From an uncultured Gammaproteobacteria bacterium (GTDB lineage Bacteria; Patescibacteriota; Patescibacteriia; Magasanikbacterales; UBA922), in NCBI GenBank assembly GCA_964565405.1, contig CAZMEW010000001.1, positions 59,637 through 123,636 on the forward strand: 64,000 nt of DNA. Direction: 5' to 3'. The notes beneath the pieces are model-generated. The model ran no database searches and had not been told where the DNA came from. It saw only the letters and a list, made by a program, of their open reading frames with translations. Positions 10,421 through 20,042 of this stretch are shown here, piece after piece (position 1 is the stretch's first letter; every line of letters begins with the position of its first letter). The translations under genes were made by a program, and so were the position numbers.

Positions 10421-12337
10421 GTGATTGCTTCGATTGCACCGCTGAAGCGCTTGCCGCGGTCTTCTTCAATTTTTGATTATGCGGTCCCGCACGATCTTGA
10501 GAAAAATATACAGCCTGGACAGTTGGTTATTGTTGAATTTCGCAAAAAAAAAGAATATGGGATTGTATTGAGTACTTCCACAACCATGAATACTGATTAT
10601 GCATACAAACCCCTTGACTCAATCGTACACACCACACCTCTTTTCTTATTACAACACCGACAGTTACTTCGAGAGATTTCAATTTTGTACGGTGTTTCAA
10701 TTGCCACCTTGTGCAAAACATCGGTTCTACCATTACAAAAAAGAAAACTTAAAAAACTTGAACTCCTGCCTGACAGTGCTCCATTCTCAACAAAACCTGC
10801 CTCTTCTAATTCTTATTTTTTGTATCAAAATGAAGTTGAGCATGCGCTATTGTTTTCACAGATAAAAAATTTTCATACCACTCTCATTCTTGTTCCTGAA
10901 ATTTCAAAATTATCAAGTGTAGAAAAATTTGCAACAAATAATTCGTCAGCAAAAATTATCGTATGGAGATCCGATCTTTCTATAAAAGAAAAATTCGATT
11001 TGTGGTTACAGATCAGAAATAATACCGAACCCCTTATTGTTATTGGAACAAGAAGTGCAATCACTCTTCCCTTCACGCGTTTGGATCAAATTATCATGGA
11101 TTTTGAACATGATGAACAATACAAAAACTATGACCAACAGCCCAAATTTCATACCAGGGATATGGTCGGTATTCTTACTCGGCTCTATGCTTGTAACTGT
11201 ACGTACGCGAGTTTTTCCCCGAGTTTTGAACTCTACTATTCGATAGTCAAAGACACGTTGCTCTGTAATATGGGCACTCGCACATATACTTCTGGACTTT
11301 TGTTTACGACTCAAGGCAGAGCTGACTCTATTCGGATTATCGAGCATACACAATTTTCACAGAAAGATCAGGTTTGTTCAATTACAACCGAAGAAGCCAT
11401 CGTTACCCGCGCGCGAGAGAATACTACAGACATCGTCATACTCGTCCAGCGGAAAGGTTATGCGACCATGGTTATTTGTTCTGACTGCGGACATGTAGAA
11501 ACTTCACTAGACGCTCGACTTCCTATGATCTATCGAAAAGAAACCAAGATGATGTATGCGCCGTATAGCAGTGAAACACGCCCGCTCCCGCTCACATGCA
11601 GTGTCTGCGCATCGACCAAACTTCGACTTCAAGGTATTGGTACTGAGAAAGTTGCCACATATTTTTCCCATCTTTTCAAAAAAGAAGGTATTTCTCTTCC
11701 TGTATTTAGAATCGATGATAATACTGAATCATCAGTATTTGGACATCTTGAGAGCACTGCGCCCCGTCTACTGATCGGTACTGAAAAAGTCTTATCATAT
11801 ATCCGGTATAATCAGACTTCAATCTTTGCAATTTTAGATCTTGATCGTTTTCTCGCAATTCCTGAATATAATTCTTTTGAACATATTGTTCACCTGATTG
11901 ATGAATTCAATTACCACCGCTATGAAAATTCTCAATTACTCTTCGAAGTCTCATCGGGAGAGAAAAATATATTCAAGTTATTCGCCGAGCGTGATCGTGT
12001 TTATCGTACTGAGCTTAGTCTAAGACAAACTCTCAGTTACCCCCCATACCAAAGTATGATAAAATATACCCTATCATCAGTTTCACCTGCTCACGCTCGC
12101 ACTCTCGCGAATAATTTACGACATACTATAGCTCTCCGATTGACAGAGCACCATATACCTGCTACACTCAGCGAAATTTATGAAACCCATCCCAATTTTG
12201 AAAAAAGAAAATATTGGTATGGTATACTTCTAAAAACTGAAGCGAAATATATTCCATCAATTGCTGAGCTTCTACACCCTTTCCTACCTCGTGAATGCAT
12301 AGTCGATATCCATCCACTTTCCGTTCTTTCTCCTTAG
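10421..12337 (+). CDS. priA: primosomal protein N' (PriA) homologue with degenerate ATPase motifs
   Basis: PriA-like N-terminus (IFDYAVPHDL...GQLVIVEF...GIVL). Core blocks ILVPEI, VIGTRSAI and a DFEHDEQYK box are present, plus two CxxC pairs (CSDCGH, CSVCAS). No GxGKT Walker A is present. Confidence 0.55.
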   Translation: MIASIAPLKRLPRSSSIFDYAVPHDLEKNIQPGQLVIVEFRKKKEYGIVLSTSTTMNTDYAYKPLDSIVHTTPLFLLQHRQLLREISILYGVSIATLCKTSVLPLQKRKLKKLELLPDSAPFSTKPASSNSYFLYQNEVEHALLFSQIKNFHTTLILVPEISKLSSVEKFATNNSSAKIIVWRSDLSIKEKFDLWLQIRNNTEPLIVIGTRSAITLPFTRLDQIIMDFEHDEQYKNYDQQPKFHTRDMVGILTRLYACNCTYASFSPSFELYYSIVKDTLLCNMGTRTYTSGLLFTTQGRADSIRIIEHTQFSQKDQVCSITTEEAIVTRARENTTDIVILVQRKGYATMVICSDCGHVETSLDARLPMIYRKETKMMYAPYSSETRPLPLTCSVCASTKLRLQGIGTEKVATYFSHLFKKEGISLPVFRIDDNTESSVFGHLESTAPRLLIGTEKVLSYIRYNQTSIFAILDLDRFLAIPEYNSFEHIVHLIDEFNYHRYENSQLLFEVSSGEKNIFKLFAERDRVYRTELSLRQTLSYPPYQSMIKYTLSSVSPAHARTLANNLRHTIALRLTEHHIPATLSEIYETHPNFEKRKYWYGILLKTEAKYIPSIAELLHPFLPRECIVDIHPLSVLSP

Positions 12338-12346
12338 TTATTCTAT

Positions 12347-12847
12347 ATGCTTCCCATTGTCACCATACCAAACAAAATTCTAGAAACCCGAGCTCGAGAA
12401 CTCACACTCGCTGAAATAAATTCAGCAGAGGTCCAATCGCTTATTGATGAAATGATTCCTACGATGTATACAAGTGAAGGAATCGGTCTTGCTGCGCCCC
12501 AAGTGAATCATTCACTCAGGGTTTGTATTATTGGAAAAGAAGCAGTCAAACTCGACCGAAAAGCCAAACTTCCTCATGATGACCTCGTACTTATTAATCC
12601 AACATGGAGAAAGACCAGTAAGAAGACTAATAATGATCAAGAAGGGTGTCTCTCAATTCCCGGTGTATATGGTAAGGTAAAACGACATTCAGATATACAA
12701 GTCGAAGCACTTGATCGACAAGGTAATAAATTCTCATTTGAAGCACGGAATTTCTTTGCTCGTGTAATACAACATGAAGTCGATCATCTGGATGGGGTAC
12801 TATTCACCAGTAAAGCAACCGACGTCAAGACAATTCCCAAAACGTAA
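12347..12847 (+). CDS. def: peptide deformylase
   Basis: Motifs GIGLAAPQV, EGCLSIPG and QHEVDHLDG are present. Confidence 0.9.
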   Translation: MLPIVTIPNKILETRARELTLAEINSAEVQSLIDEMIPTMYTSEGIGLAAPQVNHSLRVCIIGKEAVKLDRKAKLPHDDLVLINPTWRKTSKKTNNDQEGCLSIPGVYGKVKRHSDIQVEALDRQGNKFSFEARNFFARVIQHEVDHLDGVLFTSKATDVKTIPKT

Positions 12848-12889
12848 TTGACGAGTACACACTTTTGTAGTACACTATGTGCACTATAT

Positions 12890-12964
12890 TCGGCGGTAGC
12901 TCAGTGGTAGAGCAATTGGCTGTTAACCAATGGGTCCTGGGTTCGAGCCCCAGCCGCCGAGCCA
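12890..12964 (+). tRNA. tRNA-Asn (anticodon GUU), CCA encoded
   Basis: Cloverleaf: acceptor TCGGCGG/CCGCCGA, D-arm GCTCAGTGGTAGAGC, anticodon arm ATTGG-CTGTTAA-CCAAT, T-arm CTGGG-TTCGAGC-CCCAG, then G-CCA. Confidence 0.85.
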
Positions 12965-13002
12965 CGAAAAGTGGCTACGCCACAGGGTGGCACTGCCACT
13001 AT

Positions 13003-13033
13003 AAAAAAATTAGCTATATGAGCTAATTTTTTT
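13003..13033. terminator. A-tract/hairpin/T-tract bidirectional terminator-like structure
   Basis: Perfect inverted repeat AAAAAAATTAGCT-atatg-AGCTAATTTTTTT downstream of def and tRNA-Asn. Confidence 0.5.
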
Positions 13034-13077
13034 CTATTACAACGATACAATACTTATCCACCTGATAGCATATTGAC

Positions 13078-13386
13078 GTGCATACCCCCAGGGGGGTATA
13101 CTTTTTGTATATGAAATACATGAACGAAGAAAATAAAGCGAAAGTTATCCGCCGACTCAAGCTTCTTGAGGGGCAAGTACGCGGGCTTCAAAAAATGGTC
13201 GAAAACGATACCTACTGTATTGATGTGATCACGCAAACATCAGCAGTAAAACAAGGTTTGTCGAATGTTGAGGACTTACTTTTGGAAAATCACCTGGATC
13301 ACTGCGTGAGTCACCAAATGAAATCCGGACAAGAAGCTAAAGCAAAGGCTGAAATTATTAAGGTGTATAAACTCAAAAGAAAATAG
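13078..13386 (+). CDS. csoR: CsoR/RcnR family copper-sensing transcriptional repressor (probable start at 13111, MKYMNEENK)
   Basis: Four-helix DUF156 pattern with the conserved metal-ligand context (YCIDV...HLDHCVSHQM). About 85% aa identity to the second copy at 45750..46031. Confidence 0.8.
   Translation: MHTPRGVYFLYMKYMNEENKAKVIRRLKLLEGQVRGLQKMVENDTYCIDVITQTSAVKQGLSNVEDLLLENHLDHCVSHQMKSGQEAKAKAEIIKVYKLKRK
13082..13099. promoter_or_regulatory. putative CsoR operator (GC-rich palindrome) overlapping csoR-I start
   Basis: ATACCCCC-AG-GGGGGTAT inverted repeat just upstream of the probable csoR start (ATG 13111). It is preceded by TTGACG (-35-like). Palindromes of the TACCC-N-GGGTA type are known CsoR sites. 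Confidence 0.5.
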
Positions 13387-13400
13387 TTTGATACACTGGT

Positions 13401-15770
13401 TTGATACATTCACCATTCATTACTATACATAGTATGTATACACAAACGTACAAAGTAAAAGGCATGCATTGTGCCTCATGCTCCTCGGTCATCGAGAAGA
13501 CGTTCAAAAAAGTTGAAGGGGTACAGTCAGCAGAGGTCAACTATGGCACTGAGAAAGCAAAAATTTCTTTTGATCCGTCAAAGACGAATCCTCACGATCT
13601 CTCCAAACACATCGAGCCGTTGGGCTATTCACTGGAGGTTCCACTCAGTGCAGGTGAAATGGGTATGTCTCCTGAAGAACATGCGGCTCACTTGGGACTT
13701 AATCAGTCAAAGAAGGAAAAGCTCGCAGAAGTTGCCGACATGAGAATTAAAGTTCTCTCAGCTACTCCTCTCGCAATTTTTGCTGCACTCGTCATGGGTT
13801 GGGACATTCTTGCAGAGTATCGCGCAGTTCCTGCAATGAGTTATACACTCAAGGAGTTCTTCCACCACCTCCTTCCTATTTTTGCGACATACATTCTCTT
13901 TGTTGTAGGCAAGCCGTATCTCCTTGGTTTTTATAGATTTCTCCGATATGGCAAGGCAAATATGGATACGCTCATTGGTATCGGAACTACTGCCGCCTTT
14001 TTATACAGTTTTGCAGTTACGGCTCTCGAGGAAACGCTGAGTCCTTTTATAAATGTTGAGTATCAATACTACGATGTGACGATCGTGGTTATTACTTTTA
14101 TCGCCCTCGGTAAGTATTTGGAAGCTCGATCGAAAATAAAGACGGGTGACGCTATAGAAAAACTTCTTAATTTGCAAGCCAAGACAGCACTGGTTATCCG
14201 CGACGGTAAAGAAGTAGAAATATCGGTCAATGAGGTAAAACATGGCGACCTGCTTATCGTGAAGCCTGGTGCAAAGATTCCCGTAGACGGCGTGATAACA
14301 GACGGCAGTTCTTTTGTTGATGAATCCATGGTCACAGGGGAACCGATGCCAGCACAGAAAAAGATTGGAGACGGTGTTGTATCGGGAACAATCAATACCA
14401 ATGGTTCGTTTACATTCAAAGCAACAAAAGTTGGATCAGAAACACTCCTCGCCCAGATCATCAAGATGGTTGAAGATGCGCAGGGGAGCAAGGCTCCAAT
14501 CCAGGCACTTGCAGACAAAATTTCTTCAGTCTTTGTACCCATTGTTTTGGTTATCGCTTTTCTCACTCTCGGTGCTTGGCTCATTGTTGGGTACCAGTAT
14601 TTAGGTTTCTCTCAAGCGCTGTCATTTGGTCTCGTTTCGTTTGTAGGCATTCTGGTCATTGCGTGTCCGTGTGCCCTCGGTCTTGCTACTCCGACGGCCA
14701 TTATCGTCGGCGTTGGGAAAGGGGCAAAAGAGGGCATTCTGATCAAAGATGCGGCAACGCTCGAAAAACTCCATAAGGTAAATACAGTTGTAGTTGATAA
14801 AACAGGTACCATAACCCGTGGCAAGCCGACGCTCGTCGATATCCAAAATTTTTCAAAGTTAAAAGACGATGAATTCATATCGATTCTGGCGTCGCTTGAA
14901 AAAAAATCAGAACATCCTATTGCTCACGCGATCTTGAACTATGCACGGGACCTGCCTGCGACTCGAGTGAGCTCGCCGAAATCCGGCAGGCAGGGAAAAA
15001 TAACTCTGCAAGAAGTCTCAAATTTTGAAGCAATACAAGGCAAAGGGCTTAAGGGGACAGTGAACGGGACAGAATATTTTATCGGAAACACAAAACTCAT
15101 AAGTCATCTAAAAGTTTCATTCGATACGACAAAATTGAATGTGTTTACTTCACAAGGCAAAACACCGGTCATTCTTGCAACATCGGAGAAAGTGCTTGGT
15201 TTTGTGATGGTTGCGGATGAAATAAAACCGGAATCAATCGAAGCAGTAAAGAATCTCCGCAAACTTGGAATCAACGTGGTTATGCTTACCGGTGATGATC
15301 AAAAAGCCGCTAAGTACATTGGGTCGCTTGTTGGCATTGATGATGTTGTTGCCCACGTGCTACCACATGATAAGCTCGAAAAGATACAAGAGCTTCAATC
15401 ACAAGGTCGAGTGGTGACTATGGCAGGTGACGGAGTAAACGATGCCCCCGCACTCGCACAAGCCGATGTAGGTATTGCGATGGGGACAGGAACTGATGTA
15501 GCGATAGAGTCGGCCGGCATCACGCTTCTTGGTGGAGATATTTCAAAGCTCGTAAAGGCAATCAAGCTCTCAAAAATAACCATGCGAGGGATTAGGCAGA
15601 ATCTCTTTTGGGCGTTTATCTATAACATCATCGGCATTCCTCTTGCTGCCGGAGTTCTGTATCCGGTATTCGGCTGGCTCCTGAATCCTGTTTTTGCCGG
15701 CTTCGCTATGGCAATGTCGAGTGTCTCTGTTGTGTCGAATTCATTACGAATAAAAAGTAAAAAGTTATAG
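13401..15770 (+). CDS. copA: copper-translocating P1B-type ATPase
   Basis: N-terminal HMA ([13 protein letters not shown]), CPC motif ([10 protein letters not shown]), DKTGTIT phosphorylation site and [11 protein letters not shown] hinge. Confidence 0.9.
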   Translation: MIHSPFITIHSMYTQTYKVKGMHCASCSSVIEKTFKKVEGVQSAEVNYGTEKAKISFDPSKTNPHDLSKHIEPLGYSLEVPLSAGEMGMSPEEHAAHLGLNQSKKEKLAEVADMRIKVLSATPLAIFAALVMGWDILAEYRAVPAMSYTLKEFFHHLLPIFATYILFVVGKPYLLGFYRFLRYGKANMDTLIGIGTTAAFLYSFAVTALEETLSPFINVEYQYYDVTIVVITFIALGKYLEARSKIKTGDAIEKLLNLQAKTALVIRDGKEVEISVNEVKHGDLLIVKPGAKIPVDGVITDGSSFVDESMVTGEPMPAQKKIGDGVVSGTINTNGSFTFKATKVGSETLLAQIIKMVEDAQGSKAPIQALADKISSVFVPIVLVIAFLTLGAWLIVGYQYLGFSQALSFGLVSFVGILVIACPCALGLATPTAIIVGVGKGAKEGILIKDAATLEKLHKVNTVVVDKTGTITRGKPTLVDIQNFSKLKDDEFISILASLEKKSEHPIAHAILNYARDLPATRVSSPKSGRQGKITLQEVSNFEAIQGKGLKGTVNGTEYFIGNTKLISHLKVSFDTTKLNVFTSQGKTPVILATSEKVLGFVMVADEIKPESIEAVKNLRKLGINVVMLTGDDQKAAKYIGSLVGIDDVVAHVLPHDKLEKIQELQSQGRVVTMAGDGVNDAPALAQADVGIAMGTGTDVAIESAGITLLGGDISKLVKAIKLSKITMRGIRQNLFWAFIYNIIGIPLAAGVLYPVFGWLLNPVFAGFAMAMSSVSVVSNSLRIKSKKL

Positions 15771-15799
15771 TGTGATACACTACTCTCTACAAATACAGT

Positions 15800-16807
15800 A
15801 TGAAAACATATACATTCCATGTTTCCGGCACGCATTGCGCTTCATGTAAAATTTTCATTGAAGATGTTTTGAATGAACACAGTGGTATACAGAACGCGCG
15901 CGTCGATTTAAAACGAGAGATTGTTGAAATTGAAACCGATAGCGATCAAAGCCCTGAAGTATTGGCCCAAGTCCTGACAGAAAAAATTAAAGCAAATGGA
16001 TACAAGGTATCGGTGGAAAAGTCTATCAGAGAAAAACAAAGTACTGACGTTATTTGGCAAGCTGTACCGATAGGGCTTGCGTTTCTCGCGGTATTCTTTC
16101 TTTTGCAAAAATCGGGAATTCTCAATCTCGGTATTGGCGGACAAACGACCCCGGTCACAAGTTTTATCATTGGTCTTATCGCCTCGGTATCAAGTTGTCT
16201 CGCCATCGTTGGCGGTTTGGTCTTGTCCCTTTCAGCCAAAGTATCTCAGGACACTGTAAGCGATACAAAAACGTTCTTGCTTTTCCATACAGGAAGATTG
16301 GTTAGTTTTGCTGTATTAGGCGGAGTTCTCGGAGCGGTCGGCAGTGCAATCGGTATCAATGTTACTTTTACGACAATTCTGGGAATTTTAGCTTCTGTTG
16401 TAATGCTATTGCTCGGTTTAAATTTAATTGGAGTGCTTGCAAAAAATAAAGTTGCGTTACCTTCAGGAATCTTTAATTTCTTCAGAAAAATGGAGCACAA
16501 GACTCTCACGCCGCTCATCATCGGCTTCGCTACATTTTTCTTGCCGTGCGGGTTTACGCAGTCAATGCAGGTTTCCGCACTAGGAAGCGGATCGTTTATG
16601 TCCGGACTTCTTATCATGTTTGCGTTTGCTCTTGGAACGTTACCAATGCTTCTACTTCTTTCTTTCGGATCCGCATCATTTGCACACGGAAAAAATGCGC
16701 CGCTATTTTTTAAATCGGCAGGAGTGGTTGTAATCGGCCTTGGATTGTTTGCACTTCTCGCTGGGCTTGCTGGGCTCGGAATTATTCCTCCGTTATTTAC
16801 TATATAA
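15800..16807 (+). CDS. HMA-domain fused to DsbD_2/UreH-like polytopic permease (putative Cu/metal transporter)
   Basis: N-terminal GTHCASCK HMA motif followed by 6-7 TM helices with an FLPCGFTQ motif. Paralogue of 42451..43443. Confidence 0.55.
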   Translation: MKTYTFHVSGTHCASCKIFIEDVLNEHSGIQNARVDLKREIVEIETDSDQSPEVLAQVLTEKIKANGYKVSVEKSIREKQSTDVIWQAVPIGLAFLAVFFLLQKSGILNLGIGGQTTPVTSFIIGLIASVSSCLAIVGGLVLSLSAKVSQDTVSDTKTFLLFHTGRLVSFAVLGGVLGAVGSAIGINVTFTTILGILASVVMLLLGLNLIGVLAKNKVALPSGIFNFFRKMEHKTLTPLIIGFATFFLPCGFTQSMQVSALGSGSFMSGLLIMFAFALGTLPMLLLLSFGSASFAHGKNAPLFFKSAGVVVIGLGLFALLAGLAGLGIIPPLFTI

Positions 16808-17210
16808 TCACCGTATGAATAAAACTATCTCAATTATCATCACGATCGTACTTATCATAGGCATTGGCATTGTATTTTTTGGACAATCAAGAGAGGACTC
16901 TGATTCGACTGGTGATCAGTCTGCACAAAATGTTGAAATAAGAGATGGTGTCCAATACGTCACGATAACCGCTCGAGGTGGGTATTCGCCCAAAGTATCT
17001 CCCGCACAAGCAAACATCCCAACCAAGTTGATTGTGAAGACAAATGGCACATACGATTGTTCGGCGGCGTTGGTTATTCGATCAATTGGTTATCAAAAAA
17101 TTCTGCCTCAGACGGGTGAGGAAATTATTGATCTGGGCACTCCAGAGAAGGGTATGCTGCAAGGGCTGTGCAGTATGGGAATGTATAATTTTGTCGTCAA
17201 TTTTAACTAG
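16740..17210 (+). CDS. membrane-anchored cupredoxin-like domain protein (probable start 16815, MNKTIS)
   Basis: N-terminal TM anchor. The C-terminal YDCSAAL...GLCSMGMYNFV region matches the C-terminal domain fused to the permease in the second operon (YTCAQSF...FSCSMGMYTGV). Cys/His/Met ligand spacing is cupredoxin-like. Confidence 0.5.
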   Translation: MDCLHFSLGLLGSELFLRYLLYNHRMNKTISIIITIVLIIGIGIVFFGQSREDSDSTGDQSAQNVEIRDGVQYVTITARGGYSPKVSPAQANIPTKLIVKTNGTYDCSAALVIRSIGYQKILPQTGEEIIDLGTPEKGMLQGLCSMGMYNFVVNFN

Positions 17211-17284
17211 TTACTGGTATTTCCTGGATAGTACGGTTCTAACGTCGTCCAGCCGCCCGAGCCAGATGGCGCAGTGTGCCTACG

Positions 17285-17316
17285 AAAGAGAGCTTCAAAG
17301 CTCTCTTTTAGTTTTA
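17285..17316 (+). terminator. Rho-independent terminator-like hairpin after copper operon I
   Basis: AAAGAGAGCTTcaAAGCTCTCTTT hairpin followed by TAGTTTT. Confidence 0.5.
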
Positions 17317-17415
17317 AACTAGCCAAATTTCCACCATGGAAGGTAAGTTCGGTACATACTTGTCGATATTGCTTACCTATTTTATAATTAGTACCGTTTT
17401 GAACTGATACAACCT

Positions 17416-18540
17416 ATGAGACCAAAACAATCCATTGCAGTGTATGTCCCAACCTGGCTCTATCAATTTGATAAAGGTATAACTATCTTTGTGCGAGGTC
17501 TGTATCGTTCGATCAGACAAAGCGGCAAGTATAGACTCCTAAAAATAACACCCTCCATGTGCAGATTTACTTCACGCGAAGAAGCACAGGCATTTGTAAA
17601 AAAACACCACATCCAGCTTGTTATCTACCATAACACCAGAATTCTACCTCAACGTAAATCATGGGAAATAGGACTCGATCATCTTGAATCATGTGTCCCC
17701 TTTCTCAACACAAAAGCAGTACATATTGCTGACGATAAATTTGAGACAAAGCGAATTCTACGTGCAAGGAATCTGCCGGTACTCCCTGATGCTCCAATCA
17801 CCAATCGTACTGAACTTTGGCAATCTATGGAAGAAAATGCGCTTTACGTTGGAAAATTTCATAATTCAGAATCAGGACGAGGAGTAAAATTACTCAAAAG
17901 AACTGCAACTGACTTTTTTGAGTATCTTGACGGATCATGGAGAAAAATTCAGGTACGAGACACAGAAAAGGGGCTCTCAATTTCAGGTAGTCTTGGATTA
18001 TACGCATCCATTGTTATCGGATTATGTATTTTTTCACTTATCCCTCTTATTTTCAACCTATACCCCCTAATTGCTTTATTTGTTATCGCTCTACTAATCA
18101 TCATTATGGGGATCATGCATATCCCCTATAAACTAGACCAAAATTTCACCTATAGTCCACTCATGCTCGAACCTTTCTTTGGTGATGATACTCGCGAATT
18201 CTATTGTTTACGATGTACTGTTATTGGTGATAAGGTCGTTGAATCAGCAAAAAAAACGAACAAAAAAAATGTAACCCCAAACATTTCTCACGGTGGTAAA
18301 GCTACTCATATTACACTTTCGCCAGAACAAATTGATATGGCAATAGCCGCAACCCAGGCGGTCGGCGCAACGTACGCAGGAATTGACCTCCTCTGTTCTC
18401 GTGGCAAGACGGTCATATGTGAAGTTAATGTTGGTCCTATTGGTGTGTACTGTGAACAAACCAAGGTTCCGGTTGGTGAATTACTCGGCGAATATGCGAT
18501 GCATTACTGTGATACATTAGCTTTATCAGGATCTAAATAG
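17416..18540 (+). CDS. RimK-type ATP-grasp protein interrupted by two transmembrane helices
   Basis: The N-terminal half has the Gly-rich ATP-grasp loop (GKFHNSESGRGVKLL). The C-terminal half has ISHGGKATHITLSPEQIDMAIAATQAVGATYAGIDLL...ICEVNVGP (RimK C-terminal signature). Between them are two hydrophobic helices: LGLYASIVIGLCIFSLIPLIF and LYPLIALFVIALLIIIMGIM. Confidence 0.45.
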   Translation: MRPKQSIAVYVPTWLYQFDKGITIFVRGLYRSIRQSGKYRLLKITPSMCRFTSREEAQAFVKKHHIQLVIYHNTRILPQRKSWEIGLDHLESCVPFLNTKAVHIADDKFETKRILRARNLPVLPDAPITNRTELWQSMEENALYVGKFHNSESGRGVKLLKRTATDFFEYLDGSWRKIQVRDTEKGLSISGSLGLYASIVIGLCIFSLIPLIFNLYPLIALFVIALLIIIMGIMHIPYKLDQNFTYSPLMLEPFFGDDTREFYCLRCTVIGDKVVESAKKTNKKNVTPNISHGGKATHITLSPEQIDMAIAATQAVGATYAGIDLLCSRGKTVICEVNVGPIGVYCEQTKVPVGELLGEYAMHYCDTLALSGSK

Positions 18541-18633
18541 AATCAATTATTCACTGCTGTGTACAGCAGGGTATTGCAGTACTCTTTTCTTATATGCTAC
18601 GATGAGTATATTATTTATTAACTGTATTTCTCT

Positions 18634-19287
18634 ATGCAGAAAATGAGCTATACTGTACTCGCTGCAGCAGCCCTCTTATTGATCGGCGCTGGATGTAGCA
18701 AAACACCGTCAGACATGAATACTACTGACTCGATCACGACAGACACCGAAACTGCGACCACAGATGAGGGCAGTACCTCTATGCCTGAGACGACTGATTG
18801 GTCCCTCGGTCAATCAACTGGCGCACAAACAAAAGATGTTCCAAATACTGAAAAAGGAAATGAATACCGCAATACACTTGTTGATAACGAAATCGGTATC
18901 CAGGTAACCTGCCCTCCAGACAAAACATGGAAATGTACACTCGACAGTAGTGGTAAATTCTATATCTATGACTGGAGTTCGAACTATTTTGCACTTCGAG
19001 TGGTGCCCGGCGTATCGAATGCCGACGAAGCAGTTGCACATGAACAGAAGTTCCTTGAGGCAACCTACCCTGGAGTAGTATCAAAAACTTCTTCAGGTGA
19101 TGAAGCAACCTTTACCGTAGGTCCTGATCCAAGTTGGGCAACACAAGTCAACCGAACAGCATGGCTCAAAGTGAAAGAAATAAATGGAAAATTCATCGCA
19201 TGTCATGGTATCAGCTCTGAAGGAAACTTCGAAAATGCTAGTATTGATTATAAGGATATGTGTGATTCTGTGAAAGCAGCCCAATAA
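18634..19287 (+). CDS. hypothetical lipoprotein
   Basis: Signal peptide with lipobox LIGAGC|S, then a Thr/Asp-rich linker. Confidence 0.4.
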   Translation: MQKMSYTVLAAAALLLIGAGCSKTPSDMNTTDSITTDTETATTDEGSTSMPETTDWSLGQSTGAQTKDVPNTEKGNEYRNTLVDNEIGIQVTCPPDKTWKCTLDSSGKFYIYDWSSNYFALRVVPGVSNADEAVAHEQKFLEATYPGVVSKTSSGDEATFTVGPDPSWATQVNRTAWLKVKEINGKFIACHGISSEGNFENASIDYKDMCDSVKAAQ

Positions 19288-19343
19288 TCAAGAAGATAAA
19301 AAACCGAGTATCTCACTCGGTTTTTTGTTTATAATGATTTGTA

Positions 19344-19907
19344 TTATTTTACAATTTTCAATGAGTCGAAGAAACTCTTTGAAGGCAATTCTTTGCCTTC
19401 ATCATAGATATATCCCACTGAGTATAGTTTCCGACCATTAATAATGTTTCTTCCTTTGAATACATACTGTTGTTCAGGAATATTGATCACATAGTCTACT
19501 GAAGGAAACCCCTGATATGTCCCAGTCTCAGTTGAGATAATTTTTCCCGCAACCGAGCTCTCAGTTCCTCTTACAGTATTCAATAATACATTTTCTGGAT
19601 TTGATATGTCAGTGCTTTCCGGATATTCTGTATAAAATACTTGCCAGATACTTTCATCTACGGCTTTATATTGATATAGGTGTGTAGGATATGTCTCACC
19701 TGTAGTCATGGTCAGTGTACCGGGGGTATACTGCGGCATTCCTTCAAAATGAATTGAAAAATTTCCTTTTTCAGAGGTAAAATTTTCATTCAGTACTTCG
19801 GCCACAGTAGCAGATTCTTTATGTGGTGTTTCGATAGTGCTGCCCCACCAAATAAATAAAATAAACATGCCTAGCACTATTCCCATACCTATCAACATTT
19901 TCTTCAT
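19344..19907 (-). CDS. hypothetical secreted/membrane-anchored protein
   Basis: 187 aa with an N-terminal TM/signal segment (MLIGMGIVLGMFILFIWW). Confidence 0.4.
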   Translation of the reverse strand: MKKMLIGMGIVLGMFILFIWWGSTIETPHKESATVAEVLNENFTSEKGNFSIHFEGMPQYTPGTLTMTTGETYPTHLYQYKAVDESIWQVFYTEYPESTDISNPENVLLNTVRGTESSVAGKIISTETGTYQGFPSVDYVINIPEQQYVFKGRNIINGRKLYSVGYIYDEGKELPSKSFFDSLKIVK

Positions 19908-20042
19908 ACGAACATAATAATTATACCCGCGAATAAAAATCGTGATTAGTATACCTAAAGAGGATTTAAAATACTAGGATATTGATACATCGCAAAAATT
20001 GCTATAATAGACTATACTGGATATTGTAATTAACCTACATAT

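Noticed and set aside
14069-14584. 171-aa minus-strand ORF (and several 60-110-aa ORFs at 14001-14878 and 15395-15835)
   Set aside because: All lie antisense inside the copA-I coding region and have low-complexity translations. The same applies to 44245-45140 inside copA-II.
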